Source: a virus
Lineage: Duplodnaviria; Caudoviricetes
Direction: 5' to 3' (one strand)
Virus record (IMG/VR): IMGVR_UViG_3300025102_000037
Location: 1 to 54,439 of that record
DNA length: 54,439 nt
The notes beneath the pieces were generated by a model. The model saw only the letters and a list, made by a program, of their open reading frames with translations, was not told where the DNA came from and did no database searches. Positions 1 to 10,141 of this stretch are shown piece after piece (position 1 is the stretch's first letter; each line of letters starts with the position of its first letter). The translations under genes and the position numbers were made by a program.

Positions 1-1
1 C

Positions 2-3000
2 GGATCTAATGCTGAGAAAACCCTTTCGTTTGCTCTATTTGGTACTGCTTTAGTAGCATTAAATAAACAAGTCTCGGCTGGGTATAGAGAAGGGGCGACT
101 AAAACTGTCTTAAATTCTTACAATGAGGGTACTGAGTACAATTCGGGCTCTCATTCCTTTGTGCTGCGTTCCAATAAGGTAGATGGACTCTTCGATCACT
201 TTACTCTCGAGGAGGGCGCTACGGGGGGTACACGGTCTGCCAGAACCTTCAGAGGATTCCCAATAGATAACAAAAATAAGAATGGTTTAAAGCCTGAGAC
301 ATTTGTTTTGTCTGTTTATAGTAACTCTGACAGGACTACTCTTGTGGGTTCGTTTAAATTAGTTAACTTTAAAGACCCAAATCTGGCGTTTAAATTAAAA
401 AGAGAAGACTTACAGTTATTGAGCGGTAGATTTCCTCTTGATGAGGGATATTACTACTGGTCTGTAACTCCCAGAGCAGAAGATGTTCGGGGTAGACCTA
501 TTCAGTATAGAGTATCTGCATTGCCTACTACAAAAAACCTTGTGCCTATCTCAGAAACTACGCTGTTATCTGCTTTAGACACAAATCCTACTACTAAATT
601 ATTTGATGGGGATCAAGCATCTCCTAAAATGCATTTAATTAACAACAGTACAACTAATACAAATGTAGGTAATGTTAAAGATCCCAGTACTGCTTCTACA
701 GGCGATACTTATTTTGCAGATAAGTTCTTTATTAGCCGTGGATCTGTACAGTATGGAGTAGAATTAAATGAATACGATACTAATATCCAGCCGGGATCTA
801 TTGGATTAGCTCCTAAAGCTGCTGCTTCTGATCAAGCGGTGGCTTTATCTGATTTAAAAGTTACACAAAAACTTAGACCCTTAACTGCATTTACTATCAA
901 TAATGGGGGTGGCGCAGGTATTACAGTAGATGCTGGTGGTGAAGTAAGTAATCCGGGTAATAACTTAGTATCTACTCCTGATGAAACTAAAACTATTAAA
1001 GATCTTAAGGATCTTATTGAAAACTCTGGTGCTGATGCTACTCTTAAGATTGATTCTGATACAAATAGAATTAGTATTGTAGATGATAGCCAAGAAAATC
1101 TTACGTTGTTGGCTACTGGAGAAAACTTTAATACGGGTCAGCAGGGTAATCAAAACTTTGTAGAAGTATTAGGATTAGGTAATACTAACTCTAAGGCTCT
1201 ACGGACTATTAATAGAAATACGTTAATCTTTGAAGAACTTTTTGATGCGGATGGAAACAACTTAATTACTTTAGAAAACAGAAACGATATTAAAATCTTT
1301 TCTCGCGCTATTAATACCACTACAAATAAGTTTTCCGATCTTAATTCTTTTACCGTTAGTTTAACTACGTTAGATTCTAAAGCAGATTTACTTCAACTTG
1401 CTGAAAAAATTAGAGAATCTACTAGATTAGACGATGCTGTAGATCCTACTTATGTTTTATGCTATGCTGATAACAACCTAGAAATTGTAGGAACTGGAAC
1501 TGATAACAAATCTGACGAAAGTGTTGGCTTACAAGTGTTAACCTTTACTGATTCTACTGGTAAAAAGCCAGATGAAACAGGTTTTGATGCTGCCAAACGT
1601 ACAGTCGCTTTGGTTATGGATGTGGCAAATGTAATTAATACTAAATTACTTGTTAATATGGAAGAACCGGCTGCAGAATTTGCCAAACTGTTGGGCATTC
1701 GGAATATGTCAGAAGATCACACTCTTGTTGTAGAAGATAAAAACTTTAATATCTCTCAGCAAACAGATCTTGGTCAATCTATTGTCTCGTTCCAAAATGT
1801 ACCAATTCCTACAAGCAATAATGATACAATTAAAGTAAATAATGCAGAAGAAACTTTGTTTTCCCTGTATGAAAATGGTCCTCTTACGTCTGCAGCTAAG
1901 TTTTCTAGCCGTGGTAGGGGTAAGGTATACGAAGCTAGAGAAAGATTCTTTGATTTTACCCCGGGTTTCTACCGTGCTGTTGCTGAGCCTGATAAAGGCA
2001 ACCCTTACTATGAGAAGGTTAGGTCTGAGGCAGCTTATTCTGTATGGGACGAGAACACATTACCCATTATCATAGACTTTGATAGCTCTTCGGGACTTTG
2101 GAAACTTATTACTCCCTCGTGGCAACCTCGTAAGTCGGGTGACTTAGATAGTAATCCGGGTCCTTCTCCATTTATAGACAGTGCTAATACTAATAATAGA
2201 ATCCGAAGGCGAATTAGTTCAATTACAACTTGGCGTAATAGACTTTGGTTTGCTATTGATGATACTGTATTCTCGTCAGAGTTTGGGCAGTTCTTTAATC
2301 TGTTCTTAACTGATCCGGGTACTATTACAGATGTCGATATGATTGATGTTAGGTCTTCTGTAGATAAAATTTGTAAAATTAACAACATGATTGCCTTCTA
2401 TGACTTCCTGTTTATTAACACGGATAATGATGTACAGTTTGAATTGCAGGGATCTGAGAACCAGATCACTCCATTTACTGCGGAGTTGTCTCCTACAACC
2501 TTTTATTCTACGGATCCAATTGCTAGACCACAGTTATTAGGATCTCAAATTTATTTCTTTGCTCCTGAAAAAGTATATTTATATTACTCCACAGCTAATA
2601 AGAATGTAATTACTCAAGCAGTAGAAACTTCTGCGCATTGCGAAGGGTATTTGCCTAAGAATTATGGTGCAATTGCTCGTGCTCCAGCACAAGATTTAAT
2701 TGCAATGGTAGATGCAGACAAGAAAAATGAAATGTACCTGTATGTAAATAAATTTACTGGCGATAAGATTCAACAAAATGCATTATATCGTTATATCTTT
2801 GATACAAACTTTAACATCCAAGCTATGGAATCGTTTGACAACTTTATGTACATGGTTGGTACACGGCCTTACTCTAATCAAAGCGGGGATACTACCAATC
2901 AATTTTATATTCACCGCACTTTCTTAGAGCAAGCAGATAAAAATCAACCGAGACTAGATAACTTAATGTTAATTGCACCTGATTCTTCTGGTACAGATGC

Positions 3001-3742
3001 TACAGTAACGTATGATGCTGCTACTAATAAAACAACATTTATTTTACCTATGCAAGATGCTAAAATTGATACTGCTGTATTCTCAGAAGATTTCTTTAGA
3101 GGCACAGGTAAAGTTGAATTCCAATCCGTACCTGCCACTGTGACAGAAACTACGGCTGGTCAACGTACTCGGGTTACAATTGATGGTGACTTTAACGATG
3201 TAGTTACTAGTCAAGATAACCAAGGTAGTATTAACGGTATTATTGATGCAGAAGAAGAACAGGGATTAATTAATAGTCCTACCACTTCTACAGAAGATCA
3301 AGGATTCCTCTTGGCTCCTATTAGTGGGGGTACACGGGGTGTATTCTTTGGCAATTCTTACGATATGAACATTCAATTATCTACTCAGTTTATTAGAGAT
3401 GGTGAAATGAATGTAGTAGATGGCGTTCTCAACCTTAGAACTATCTCTACACGGTATTCTGACACTGGTATTTACAGTGTTAAGATACAGAGAAAGGGTG
3501 ATACAGACTTTAAGAGTGTGACTACTAAACGTAATCCGTTCTACAGGACTGCCCTTAATAATAAAACGCAGCTAGATCAAGCAATCCCTATTGATGAAGA
3601 GGGTGAGTTTATAGCTAAGGTCTTTGGCGACTCAGAACGCATGAATGTGTTCATCACCAGTGACCATTATACCCCGTGCAACATTACGCATATTGAGTTT
3701 AAAGGTGTATTCAAACAGACCTACAGATCAGGTCAAAATTAA
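2..3742 (+). CDS. Tail tubular protein B / nozzle (T7 gp12-like), 5'-truncated, with large insertions
   Basis: The frame of the 161 ORF is open back to position 2 (GSNAEKTLSFALFGTALVALNKQV), so the gene starts before the window. The C-terminal half has gp12-type segments: WQPRKSGDLDSNPGPSF, ISSITTWRNRLWF, VFSSEFGQFFNLF, DMIDV, TNDVQF-like, PCNITHIEFKG. Confidence 0.85.
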   Translation, partial: GSNAEKTLSFALFGTALVALNKQVSAGYREGATKTVLNSYNEGTEYNSGSHSFVLRSNKVDGLFDHFTLEEGATGGTRSARTFRGFPIDNKNKNGLKPETFVLSVYSNSDRTTLVGSFKLVNFKDPNLAFKLKREDLQLLSGRFPLDEGYYYWSVTPRAEDVRGRPIQYRVSALPTTKNLVPISETTLLSALDTNPTTKLFDGDQASPKMHLINNSTTNTNVGNVKDPSTASTGDTYFADKFFISRGSVQYGVELNEYDTNIQPGSIGLAPKAAASDQAVALSDLKVTQKLRPLTAFTINNGGGAGITVDAGGEVSNPGNNLVSTPDETKTIKDLKDLIENSGADATLKIDSDTNRISIVDDSQENLTLLATGENFNTGQQGNQNFVEVLGLGNTNSKALRTINRNTLIFEELFDADGNNLITLENRNDIKIFSRAINTTTNKFSDLNSFTVSLTTLDSKADLLQLAEKIRESTRLDDAVDPTYVLCYADNNLEIVGTGTDNKSDESVGLQVLTFTDSTGKKPDETGFDAAKRTVALVMDVANVINTKLLVNMEEPAAEFAKLLGIRNMSEDHTLVVEDKNFNISQQTDLGQSIVSFQNVPIPTSNNDTIKVNNAEETLFSLYENGPLTSAAKFSSRGRGKVYEARERFFDFTPGFYRAVAEPDKGNPYYEKVRSEAAYSVWDENTLPIIIDFDSSSGLWKLITPSWQPRKSGDLDSNPGPSPFIDSANTNNRIRRRISSITTWRNRLWFAIDDTVFSSEFGQFFNLFLTDPGTITDVDMIDVRSSVDKICKINNMIAFYDFLFINTDNDVQFELQGSENQITPFTAELSPTTFYSTDPIARPQLLGSQIYFFAPEKVYLYYSTANKNVITQAVETSAHCEGYLPKNYGAIARAPAQDLIAMVDADKKNEMYLYVNKFTGDKIQQNALYRYIFDTNFNIQAMESFDNFMYMVGTRPYSNQSGDTTNQFYIHRTFLEQADKNQPRLDNLMLIAPDSSGTDATVTYDAATNKTTFILPMQDAKIDTAVFSEDFFRGTGKVEFQSVPATVTETTAGQRTRVTIDGDFNDVVTSQDNQGSINGIIDAEEEQGLINSPTTSTEDQGFLLAPISGGTRGVFFGNSYDMNIQLSTQFIRDGEMNVVDGVLNLRTISTRYSDTGIYSVKIQRKGDTDFKSVTTKRNPFYRTALNNKTQLDQAIPIDEEGEFIAKVFGDSERMNVFITSDHYTPCNITHIEFKGVFKQTYRSGQN

Positions 3743-3753
3743 GGAGTTAACAC

Positions 3754-5001
3754 ATGGCAAGTAGAGTACAAAAACGTAGAGGAAGTAAGACGGATCATAC
3801 TACCTTTTCTTCTGGAGCTGAAGGCGAACTTACGGTAGAGATTCCGGGTACAAGAGGATACGGAACTTCTAGTCGAGATTATGGAGCTATTCATTTACAC
3901 TACGGCGATGGAAATCCGGGCGATAGAATTCCTGTAGGCGAAGAATTAAATAATCAAGTACGAACTGTTGTTGATGAAACAAAATTCTTAGCTAAACTTA
4001 CACACTTTAAACCCTTGAACCATGACTTTGATGCCAGCTCTCCCAACTCCTTGCCTAATAAATTTCTCTATGCGTGGGAAGAAGTATCTATTGGCAGTAC
4101 ATTCTATGATGTAGCACAAGTTTGGACTATAACTGTGACCGGCACTGCAAATGCTTCCGCTGGTGATCATGATATTTTTATTCCTAATAGTGCTAATGAG
4201 TTACAAAAAGTAGAAATTAATGATGTAGACAATAATGAATCAAATACTGATGTTGCTACTCGTATTTATAATGCAGTAATTGCAGCGACAGACGATACAA
4301 CTGGTAGTATAAAATTAGCTTCAGCTACTACATCAGGTGGAGTATACCAAGTTGTAAACGCTGGAAGCGGTGTACTTAGGTTTACTGCATTGGGTTCATA
4401 TAAGGGCGACAGAGCAACCGCTAAGTCTTTTACTACAGATGCAGATCAATCTGTGCCTATTGCTGTAGAAACAGAAGGTAGATCCTACGTTCCGCAAATT
4501 AATATTACAAATGCAGATTTAGGTAGAGAGTCTGATACAGATACTGGTGGCACTCATATTGATGCCGCTGTTAATATTAATGAGTTAGCAAATAATTCTA
4601 CATTTGTCTTCCCCGGTATTCGAGGGAATGTTACTCAAGATAATAATGGTGATTGGCCTACTAATGCTAGAGTTATTCCTATTGGTGGCGTTGCCTCTTA
4701 CGTTTCTGGCTCAGCCAATAATCAAGCAGATACTGAACAAGTGTATACTGCTGGTGCCGGTACAACGGGCGAAGCTAATTACGAGTCAAACTCTGAAGAT
4801 GGTTCAGCTAACGATGCGGGCTATCAGGATAACTCCAAGGGTTGGAGAGTTGTTGATGAGCAAGTAATTGTTGAGATGACTGAACGTAGGAAACTTGCTG
4901 TAGGTACTACTAGTGGAACAACTGCAGGCCGTACTGATTCTACGGGTGTTAGCAAAATGTATTACTTCTCTGCATCTAACGCTCTTGTAGGCCCTTGTTA
5001 A
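3754..5001 (+). CDS. Tail fibre/adaptor-like protein with Mtd_N-like N-terminus
   Basis: RBS AAGGAG. N-terminus RVQKRRGSKTDHTTFSSGAEGELTVE resembles the major-tropism-determinant/hyaluronidase N-terminal motif. T/S/G/N-rich body, directly after the nozzle gene. Confidence 0.6.
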   Translation: MASRVQKRRGSKTDHTTFSSGAEGELTVEIPGTRGYGTSSRDYGAIHLHYGDGNPGDRIPVGEELNNQVRTVVDETKFLAKLTHFKPLNHDFDASSPNSLPNKFLYAWEEVSIGSTFYDVAQVWTITVTGTANASAGDHDIFIPNSANELQKVEINDVDNNESNTDVATRIYNAVIAATDDTTGSIKLASATTSGGVYQVVNAGSGVLRFTALGSYKGDRATAKSFTTDADQSVPIAVETEGRSYVPQINITNADLGRESDTDTGGTHIDAAVNINELANNSTFVFPGIRGNVTQDNNGDWPTNARVIPIGGVASYVSGSANNQADTEQVYTAGAGTTGEANYESNSEDGSANDAGYQDNSKGWRVVDEQVIVEMTERRKLAVGTTSGTTAGRTDSTGVSKMYYFSASNALVGPC

Positions 5002-5013
5002 TAGGAGGTTAAT

Positions 5014-7791
5014 ATGCCAGCAACAGATATTACTAATAAGTGTTGTCCAGATTATTATAAAGCAACTAGATGCGATGCTAGTTGTTTTGATACAGGAGTA
5101 GCATATATTGCCGCTACTGTATTTGCCGGACAAGCAGTAGATAAAGTTTTTGTTCAAGCACAAACTGATGACTGTGATCCAAATGGAACAAGTGGTGATA
5201 AACTGTGTTGGCAAGTAGATCGTAATACTGCATACAATGGCGCACCTGCCGGGGCTAATATACTTACCGGAGTATCTGGTAGCGATCTGTTTACTACCGC
5301 TGATGCTATTCTTGACCAGTCGGGAACTCAAGATGATAATCTGTGGGTTGTTGTATGTCTTTGTAATAAGAACGAGTACTTTCAAATGCTGTCTGGCGGC
5401 ACAAGCGATGTGCTTGTAGATACAGCTAATAACTTGCAAGCATTAAAAAACAAATACAACTGCACGGGTGATAACCACGACGATCAATGTTCTCGTCAAC
5501 AATACTTTGCCTTTAATGTTATTGGTGCTACCATAGATGGTTCTACTAACAATGCTACCAATCCTTTAAGTGTAGGAGATTACATTACACTTTCTGGTTC
5601 TTTAGTAGATGTTGGCGGCACTGCGTCTGCTGTCTATGGTACACCTAGTTCAAGTACTGCTAATGCCGCTAATGCTCAGTTGGTAGGCGGCGGCAGTAAC
5701 GATAGATTAAAATCAGCTACTCTTGCTGAAGATATCTTTCGAGTTGTAGATAGAACTAAACAAATACAGCCTGACTGTGCTACAGATCTTACTGCTTACG
5801 AAGCAAGATTACAGTATCCTTACGAGGTAGATGCGTTTGTTAATAGTCCGATAGTTAAAACCCATGCTACTGGCGGTACTAGTGCTGGCAGTGCTTATGC
5901 CTATTTAGAAAACTGTCAAGATTGTTTACAGGCATACCTTGGGTTAATGGCAGGGGATAGTGCAAGAGCTACAAAAACTTTAAACGATGTCATTGCTATT
6001 GGCGATGCTACCTACAACGATACTCTTAGTACCTGTCCTTCTACATGGCCTTGTAGTGTACAGATTTCTAGAACCTTTTCTGTAGATTGTTCTATTGGTC
6101 AGAATCTAAGTTCTACAAATAATCATGCTAGACCTTTAGTTAGTGGTATAGATTTAATACCTTCGGGAGGAACTATTCTCTGTAATGATGGCGATAATCA
6201 AACAGGCATTTTAGAAAACTCAGGTTTTGGTTTTGCTAAGGAAGCATCTGCATCTTTAGAAGGTCATTATGTTACTGATAATATCATTAACGCAGACAGA
6301 AAAATTATTAGTACAGGTAGTGCTACAGTAAATGGAACAACCGCAGTAACTACGGTAACTATTACTGCTGAATATAAAAGAAACTTAAAGATTAGTCAAC
6401 TATCTACACGATCTACAGCATGTCCTAATGCAACTAATATTGATTCAACTAACGGGTTTGACTATAGTTTAAATAGTGTATCTGTAACCTCAGATGCTGA
6501 TCCAAACTTAGGAACCCTAGTTCTTTCTATTTTAAATTCTTCAGAAAATCCTTTGGCTGCAGGAATATCTAATCCTCCCTTGTTGCCTGCTTATGAAAAT
6601 GCTCAAGGAAAACAATGTGGTGGTGATGATGGTGGGGTTGGCAACGGTGGAGATCAAGGTACAGATTTAATTGTAGATCAAAGATTTAAAAATAATCCAA
6701 CCTTAAGTATTGTTCCTGCTCCCGCTATTGGATATGATGCTGCATCAAACACTTATAAGGGACGTTTATTTATTCAACGAAATAATGGAACTATTACTCC
6801 TTTCTATAAATATGTAGGTTATTATTCTAATCACCTTGCAGATCAAACTAATGGAGCTGGATTTCCTGATGATTATACCTGCCCTGAAGACGATACAACA
6901 AGATTTACTGCAGCGGAACGACAAATATTTGCAGGCGATGGCGGACTAGTTGGTAAAAAAATAGATGAAGTTATACCATTTGCTCCATACCTGCAGTTAG
7001 CTGCTGGTTTTAATGTTAATGGATTTAATCATACAAAACAATTAACTGCTGTTGTAGGTCTTGGTGGGCGTGATGATGCTGTAACCGTAGGTAGTGATAG
7101 GCTATATCCGGGCAAGAGTAATACCTCTAAGATTACATTTGGCTCATCTGGTGTATCAGGTACGTCTATTACTGGACTGCCGTTTTATTTTGATTCATAC
7201 TGCACGGCTATTAGTAGTATGGAAACTTGCAATTTACAACAAGTTAGACAAGCTTATTCGCATGTTCAACAAGGCACAAACTTTAGTAGAGCTGGTTTAA
7301 CCTTTAATGAAGTAGAAACTATTGAAGAGGCGGATAGATGTATAGGTATCGGCAATGGTGATAGGGTTACTAATATTGATGATGGCACTGGTGATGAGTG
7401 TGATCCAGATGGTAATGCACAAGCCTGCATGGATATTTATAGATTCTCATCAGATGCTCATCATTCTTGTTTTAATTACAATAACGAAATAACTAGAATA
7501 AATGGATCTCGTACTGGTGCTGATGGTACTAATAATGATGATACTTTAGATAGTGGTACTATTGAAAGATACGGCGGAAATGGAACTGCTTTTGAAAATA
7601 CTGGATTAAGTGGTAATGCAGAAGAAGCTGTAGGTATTGATAGTGAGTGGTCTAGTGTATTTATTACTGCACAAGATCCATGGTGTCGCAGCTGTGACGC
7701 TTGCTTAAGTCAGGTTGCCCCATTTAGTGCGGGCAGTCCCGATAAATATTTAATGATGGGAATTCCAAGCCCTCGTTCTGGTACAAAATAG
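5014..7791 (+). CDS. Cys-rich putative tail fibre / receptor-binding protein
   Basis: RBS AGGAGG. 925 aa, G/T/S/N/D-rich, about 29 Cys by my count, located in the tail module. Confidence 0.5.
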   Translation: MPATDITNKCCPDYYKATRCDASCFDTGVAYIAATVFAGQAVDKVFVQAQTDDCDPNGTSGDKLCWQVDRNTAYNGAPAGANILTGVSGSDLFTTADAILDQSGTQDDNLWVVVCLCNKNEYFQMLSGGTSDVLVDTANNLQALKNKYNCTGDNHDDQCSRQQYFAFNVIGATIDGSTNNATNPLSVGDYITLSGSLVDVGGTASAVYGTPSSSTANAANAQLVGGGSNDRLKSATLAEDIFRVVDRTKQIQPDCATDLTAYEARLQYPYEVDAFVNSPIVKTHATGGTSAGSAYAYLENCQDCLQAYLGLMAGDSARATKTLNDVIAIGDATYNDTLSTCPSTWPCSVQISRTFSVDCSIGQNLSSTNNHARPLVSGIDLIPSGGTILCNDGDNQTGILENSGFGFAKEASASLEGHYVTDNIINADRKIISTGSATVNGTTAVTTVTITAEYKRNLKISQLSTRSTACPNATNIDSTNGFDYSLNSVSVTSDADPNLGTLVLSILNSSENPLAAGISNPPLLPAYENAQGKQCGGDDGGVGNGGDQGTDLIVDQRFKNNPTLSIVPAPAIGYDAASNTYKGRLFIQRNNGTITPFYKYVGYYSNHLADQTNGAGFPDDYTCPEDDTTRFTAAERQIFAGDGGLVGKKIDEVIPFAPYLQLAAGFNVNGFNHTKQLTAVVGLGGRDDAVTVGSDRLYPGKSNTSKITFGSSGVSGTSITGLPFYFDSYCTAISSMETCNLQQVRQAYSHVQQGTNFSRAGLTFNEVETIEEADRCIGIGNGDRVTNIDDGTGDECDPDGNAQACMDIYRFSSDAHHSCFNYNNEITRINGSRTGADGTNNDDTLDSGTIERYGGNGTAFENTGLSGNAEEAVGIDSEWSSVFITAQDPWCRSCDACLSQVAPFSAGSPDKYLMMGIPSPRSGTK

Positions 7792-7799
7792 GAGATGTT

Positions 7800-8108
7800 A
7801 TGTCTAAAGCTACACAAACCTTAAGTTTTTTAGACGATGACCAAACAGTAAAGACGTTAAAGGTTGTTGTTAATGACGATTACTCTGTTTCAACGAGTTG
7901 GTTGAACAAGGAGGGTCAAGAGTTAACAGTAAATCCTGAGGCTGAACCTGAAAAGAAATCCTTGGGTAGTAAAGTAGAGGGCATTATCGACGGATTAACC
8001 GGCGGTAAATTAAAAAAATGTGGCGGCTGTGCTCGCCGTAAAGCAATGTTAGATAAGTTAGGAGCTTTAAATGAACAAGTTACAAAAACTACAAGAAATG
8101 TTAATTGA
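7800..8108 (+). CDS. Small protein with CGGCxRR motif (possible fibre-associated or chaperone protein)
   Basis: RBS AGGAG. KKCGGCARRKAMLD motif; follows the Cys-rich fibre gene. Confidence 0.55.
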   Translation: MSKATQTLSFLDDDQTVKTLKVVVNDDYSVSTSWLNKEGQELTVNPEAEPEKKSLGSKVEGIIDGLTGGKLKKCGGCARRKAMLDKLGALNEQVTKTTRNVN

Positions 8109-8283
8109 TGCGTTAATTGAAGATCTTAACGATCCAACTATTAGAGGCCCGGGTTTGTATGGAGTAGTCCGTGGTGTCATTAATGACCACAAAGAAGATG
8201 TAAATATTCTACCGCAAAATACTATTAAAGAGATCGAAGATGCTATGTCTTCGGCTGCTCCATTTAAGATTGAGGCAATCTAA
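8071..8283 (+). CDS. Terminase small subunit (T7 gp18-like)
   Basis: RBS AGGAG. 70-aa helical protein (LQKLQEMLIDALIEDL...LYGVVRGVINDH) just upstream of TerL, matching gp18 size and pattern. Confidence 0.6.
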   Translation: MNKLQKLQEMLIDALIEDLNDPTIRGPGLYGVVRGVINDHKEDVNILPQNTIKEIEDAMSSAAPFKIEAI

Positions 8284-8447
8284 TGGACGAGTTAGTATTT
8301 ATTGAGCTAATTATTGGAGGCGGTATTATCAACTTTCTATGGCAGATTCAAAAAGAACTGGGCAAGATAAATGCTAACTTAACTAATTTACATCATATCG
8401 TAGAGGACCATGAGAATAGACTGAGGGCGATTGAAGGAGAGCATTGA
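8283..8447 (+). CDS. 54-aa membrane/coiled-coil protein (holin- or XhlA-like), not in the ORF track
   Basis: ATG overlaps the previous TAA and its TGA overlaps the TerL ATG. Translation MDELVFIELIIGGGIINFLWQIQKELGKINANLTNLHHIVEDHENRLRAIEGEH has one hydrophobic segment then a heptad-like helix. Confidence 0.6.
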   Translation: MDELVFIELIIGGGIINFLWQIQKELGKINANLTNLHHIVEDHENRLRAIEGEH

Positions 8448-10141
8448 TGGAAATACCCCCGGAAATGAAAGATGATTTTAGGAATCACTTGTGGGCGTGC
8501 TTTAAATATTTAGGTTTGGGTGAACCAACACCCGTACAGTATGCTATGGCAGACGCTCTTCAGAACGGCCCTAACGACATGCAGCTTCAAGCTGGGCGGG
8601 GCTTTGGTAAATCTGTTATTACCGCCTGTCTAGCCTCGTGGTTCCTTGTACGGGACCACAACTCAACCATCATGGTTGTGTCTGCTACCGGCAACAAGGC
8701 GGTAGAATTTATTAGCATGACACGCAGGATTTTAGATCTTGTTCCTTATTGTGAACATCTTAGACCCGGAGATCATACAACCGATAATGCCTTTGGCTTT
8801 AATGTAGAGTCTCGTACTCGTATCGGGCAGGATAAGTCCTGCTATGCCAAAGGTATTACTGCCCAGATTACAGGGTCGCACGCAGAGTATCTTATCTTTG
8901 ATGATGTAGAGATTGAAGGTAACTGTGAGACGGCGGTCACTAGGCAGAAACTATTAAATAAATGTCTTGAAGCAGAACAAATTCGGAACGTGGGTGGGCG
9001 TGTTATCTTTCTAGGCACACCTCAAATTAAAGATAGTATCTACAACCAATTAAAAACTGGCTACCCAGTGGTTAAATTCCCTGCAATTATGCCAGACAAG
9101 AATGTAGAATCTGAATGTGAGGATGTTTCGCCATGGATCTTTGAGCAAGGCTTTGAAGCTGGAGATCCTACGCAGCCAGAAAGATTCAGTATGGAGACTC
9201 TAATGGAGCGTCAAGCAAAGGTAGGACCCACGCTCTTCAGTCTCCACTACAAACTAGATACTAGTCTGGCTGATAAAGATAAGTACCCACTTAAGTTACA
9301 AGATCTTATTGTATTAGATGTAAACCCTGATCTAGCTCCCGAGAAGATTGTATGGGCTACGTCTGACCCGAATAGGAAAATCCCATCCTTTGGTATGTCT
9401 GGTGATTGTATTTATAATCCTATGTGGGTATCAAATCAGTTTAATGAGTATCAAGATAGAGCAATGTTTGTTGACCCCTCTGGTAGAGGTAGGGATGAAA
9501 CGGGTATTTGCATTGCTAGTTTTAGTAATGGTTACATCTTTGTTCACGAATTGTTGGGTTTAGAGGGAGGCTATGAAAGATCAGTTCTCCAAAAGATAAG
9601 TAAGCTAGCTTACGAATATGATGTTAATCATGTTAGAATTGAATCTAATTATGGTGATGCTATGTTTAATTCTCTACTCCGTCCTGTCATTACAGAGATC
9701 TGTGGACAGGTAGCAATTCAAGAGTATAGGGTAACTGGTCAGAAGGAACGCAGAATGCTTGCTGCTCTGGAGCCTACAATGGCTCAGCACAGGCTTGTGT
9801 TCGATAAGAAGCCCGCGAGGGATGAAACGAACCAGAGGCAGCTCACACGGCTCACAGACCGCCGTGGAAGCCTCACACATGATGACCGCGTAGATGTCCT
9901 GTCTGCGGCGTGCTCCTACTGGGAAGAACGACTCCATGTTAATGTGGATTCTGTTGTTCAGAAGAGAAGAGAGCAGGCACATCTAGATACTATCGAAGAA
10001 TGGAAGTCTGATAGAAGAGTAGAGGGAATGTTTAGCTCTAGATTGTCTGGAGCTTTGCGTCATAATGATGAAATTTATCAACGAAACCAGCCTAAACGAG
10101 TAGGGAAATCTGGTAGAATGCAATGGGGAAGGAGAGTCTAA
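8447..10141 (+). CDS. Terminase large subunit (T7 gp19-like)
   Basis: PTPVQY, Walker A QAGRGFGKS, ITGSHAEYLIFDDVE (Walker B), FLGTPQ, FVDPSGRGRDETG, ESNYGDAMF, HDDRVDVL. ATG at 8447 follows GAAGGAG. Confidence 0.95.
   Translation: MEIPPEMKDDFRNHLWACFKYLGLGEPTPVQYAMADALQNGPNDMQLQAGRGFGKSVITACLASWFLVRDHNSTIMVVSATGNKAVEFISMTRRILDLVPYCEHLRPGDHTTDNAFGFNVESRTRIGQDKSCYAKGITAQITGSHAEYLIFDDVEIEGNCETAVTRQKLLNKCLEAEQIRNVGGRVIFLGTPQIKDSIYNQLKTGYPVVKFPAIMPDKNVESECEDVSPWIFEQGFEAGDPTQPERFSMETLMERQAKVGPTLFSLHYKLDTSLADKDKYPLKLQDLIVLDVNPDLAPEKIVWATSDPNRKIPSFGMSGDCIYNPMWVSNQFNEYQDRAMFVDPSGRGRDETGICIASFSNGYIFVHELLGLEGGYERSVLQKISKLAYEYDVNHVRIESNYGDAMFNSLLRPVITEICGQVAIQEYRVTGQKERRMLAALEPTMAQHRLVFDKKPARDETNQRQLTRLTDRRGSLTHDDRVDVLSAACSYWEERLHVNVDSVVQKRREQAHLDTIEEWKSDRRVEGMFSSRLSGALRHNDEIYQRNQPKRVGKSGRMQWGRRV

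Noticed and set aside
161-163. GTG start given for the 1193-aa ORF
   Set aside because: The frame is open back to position 2 with gp12-like sequence, so the real start is outside the window.
3754-7791. Diversity-generating retroelement suggested by the Mtd-like N-terminus
   Set aside because: No reverse transcriptase and no template/variable repeat pair were seen in the window.
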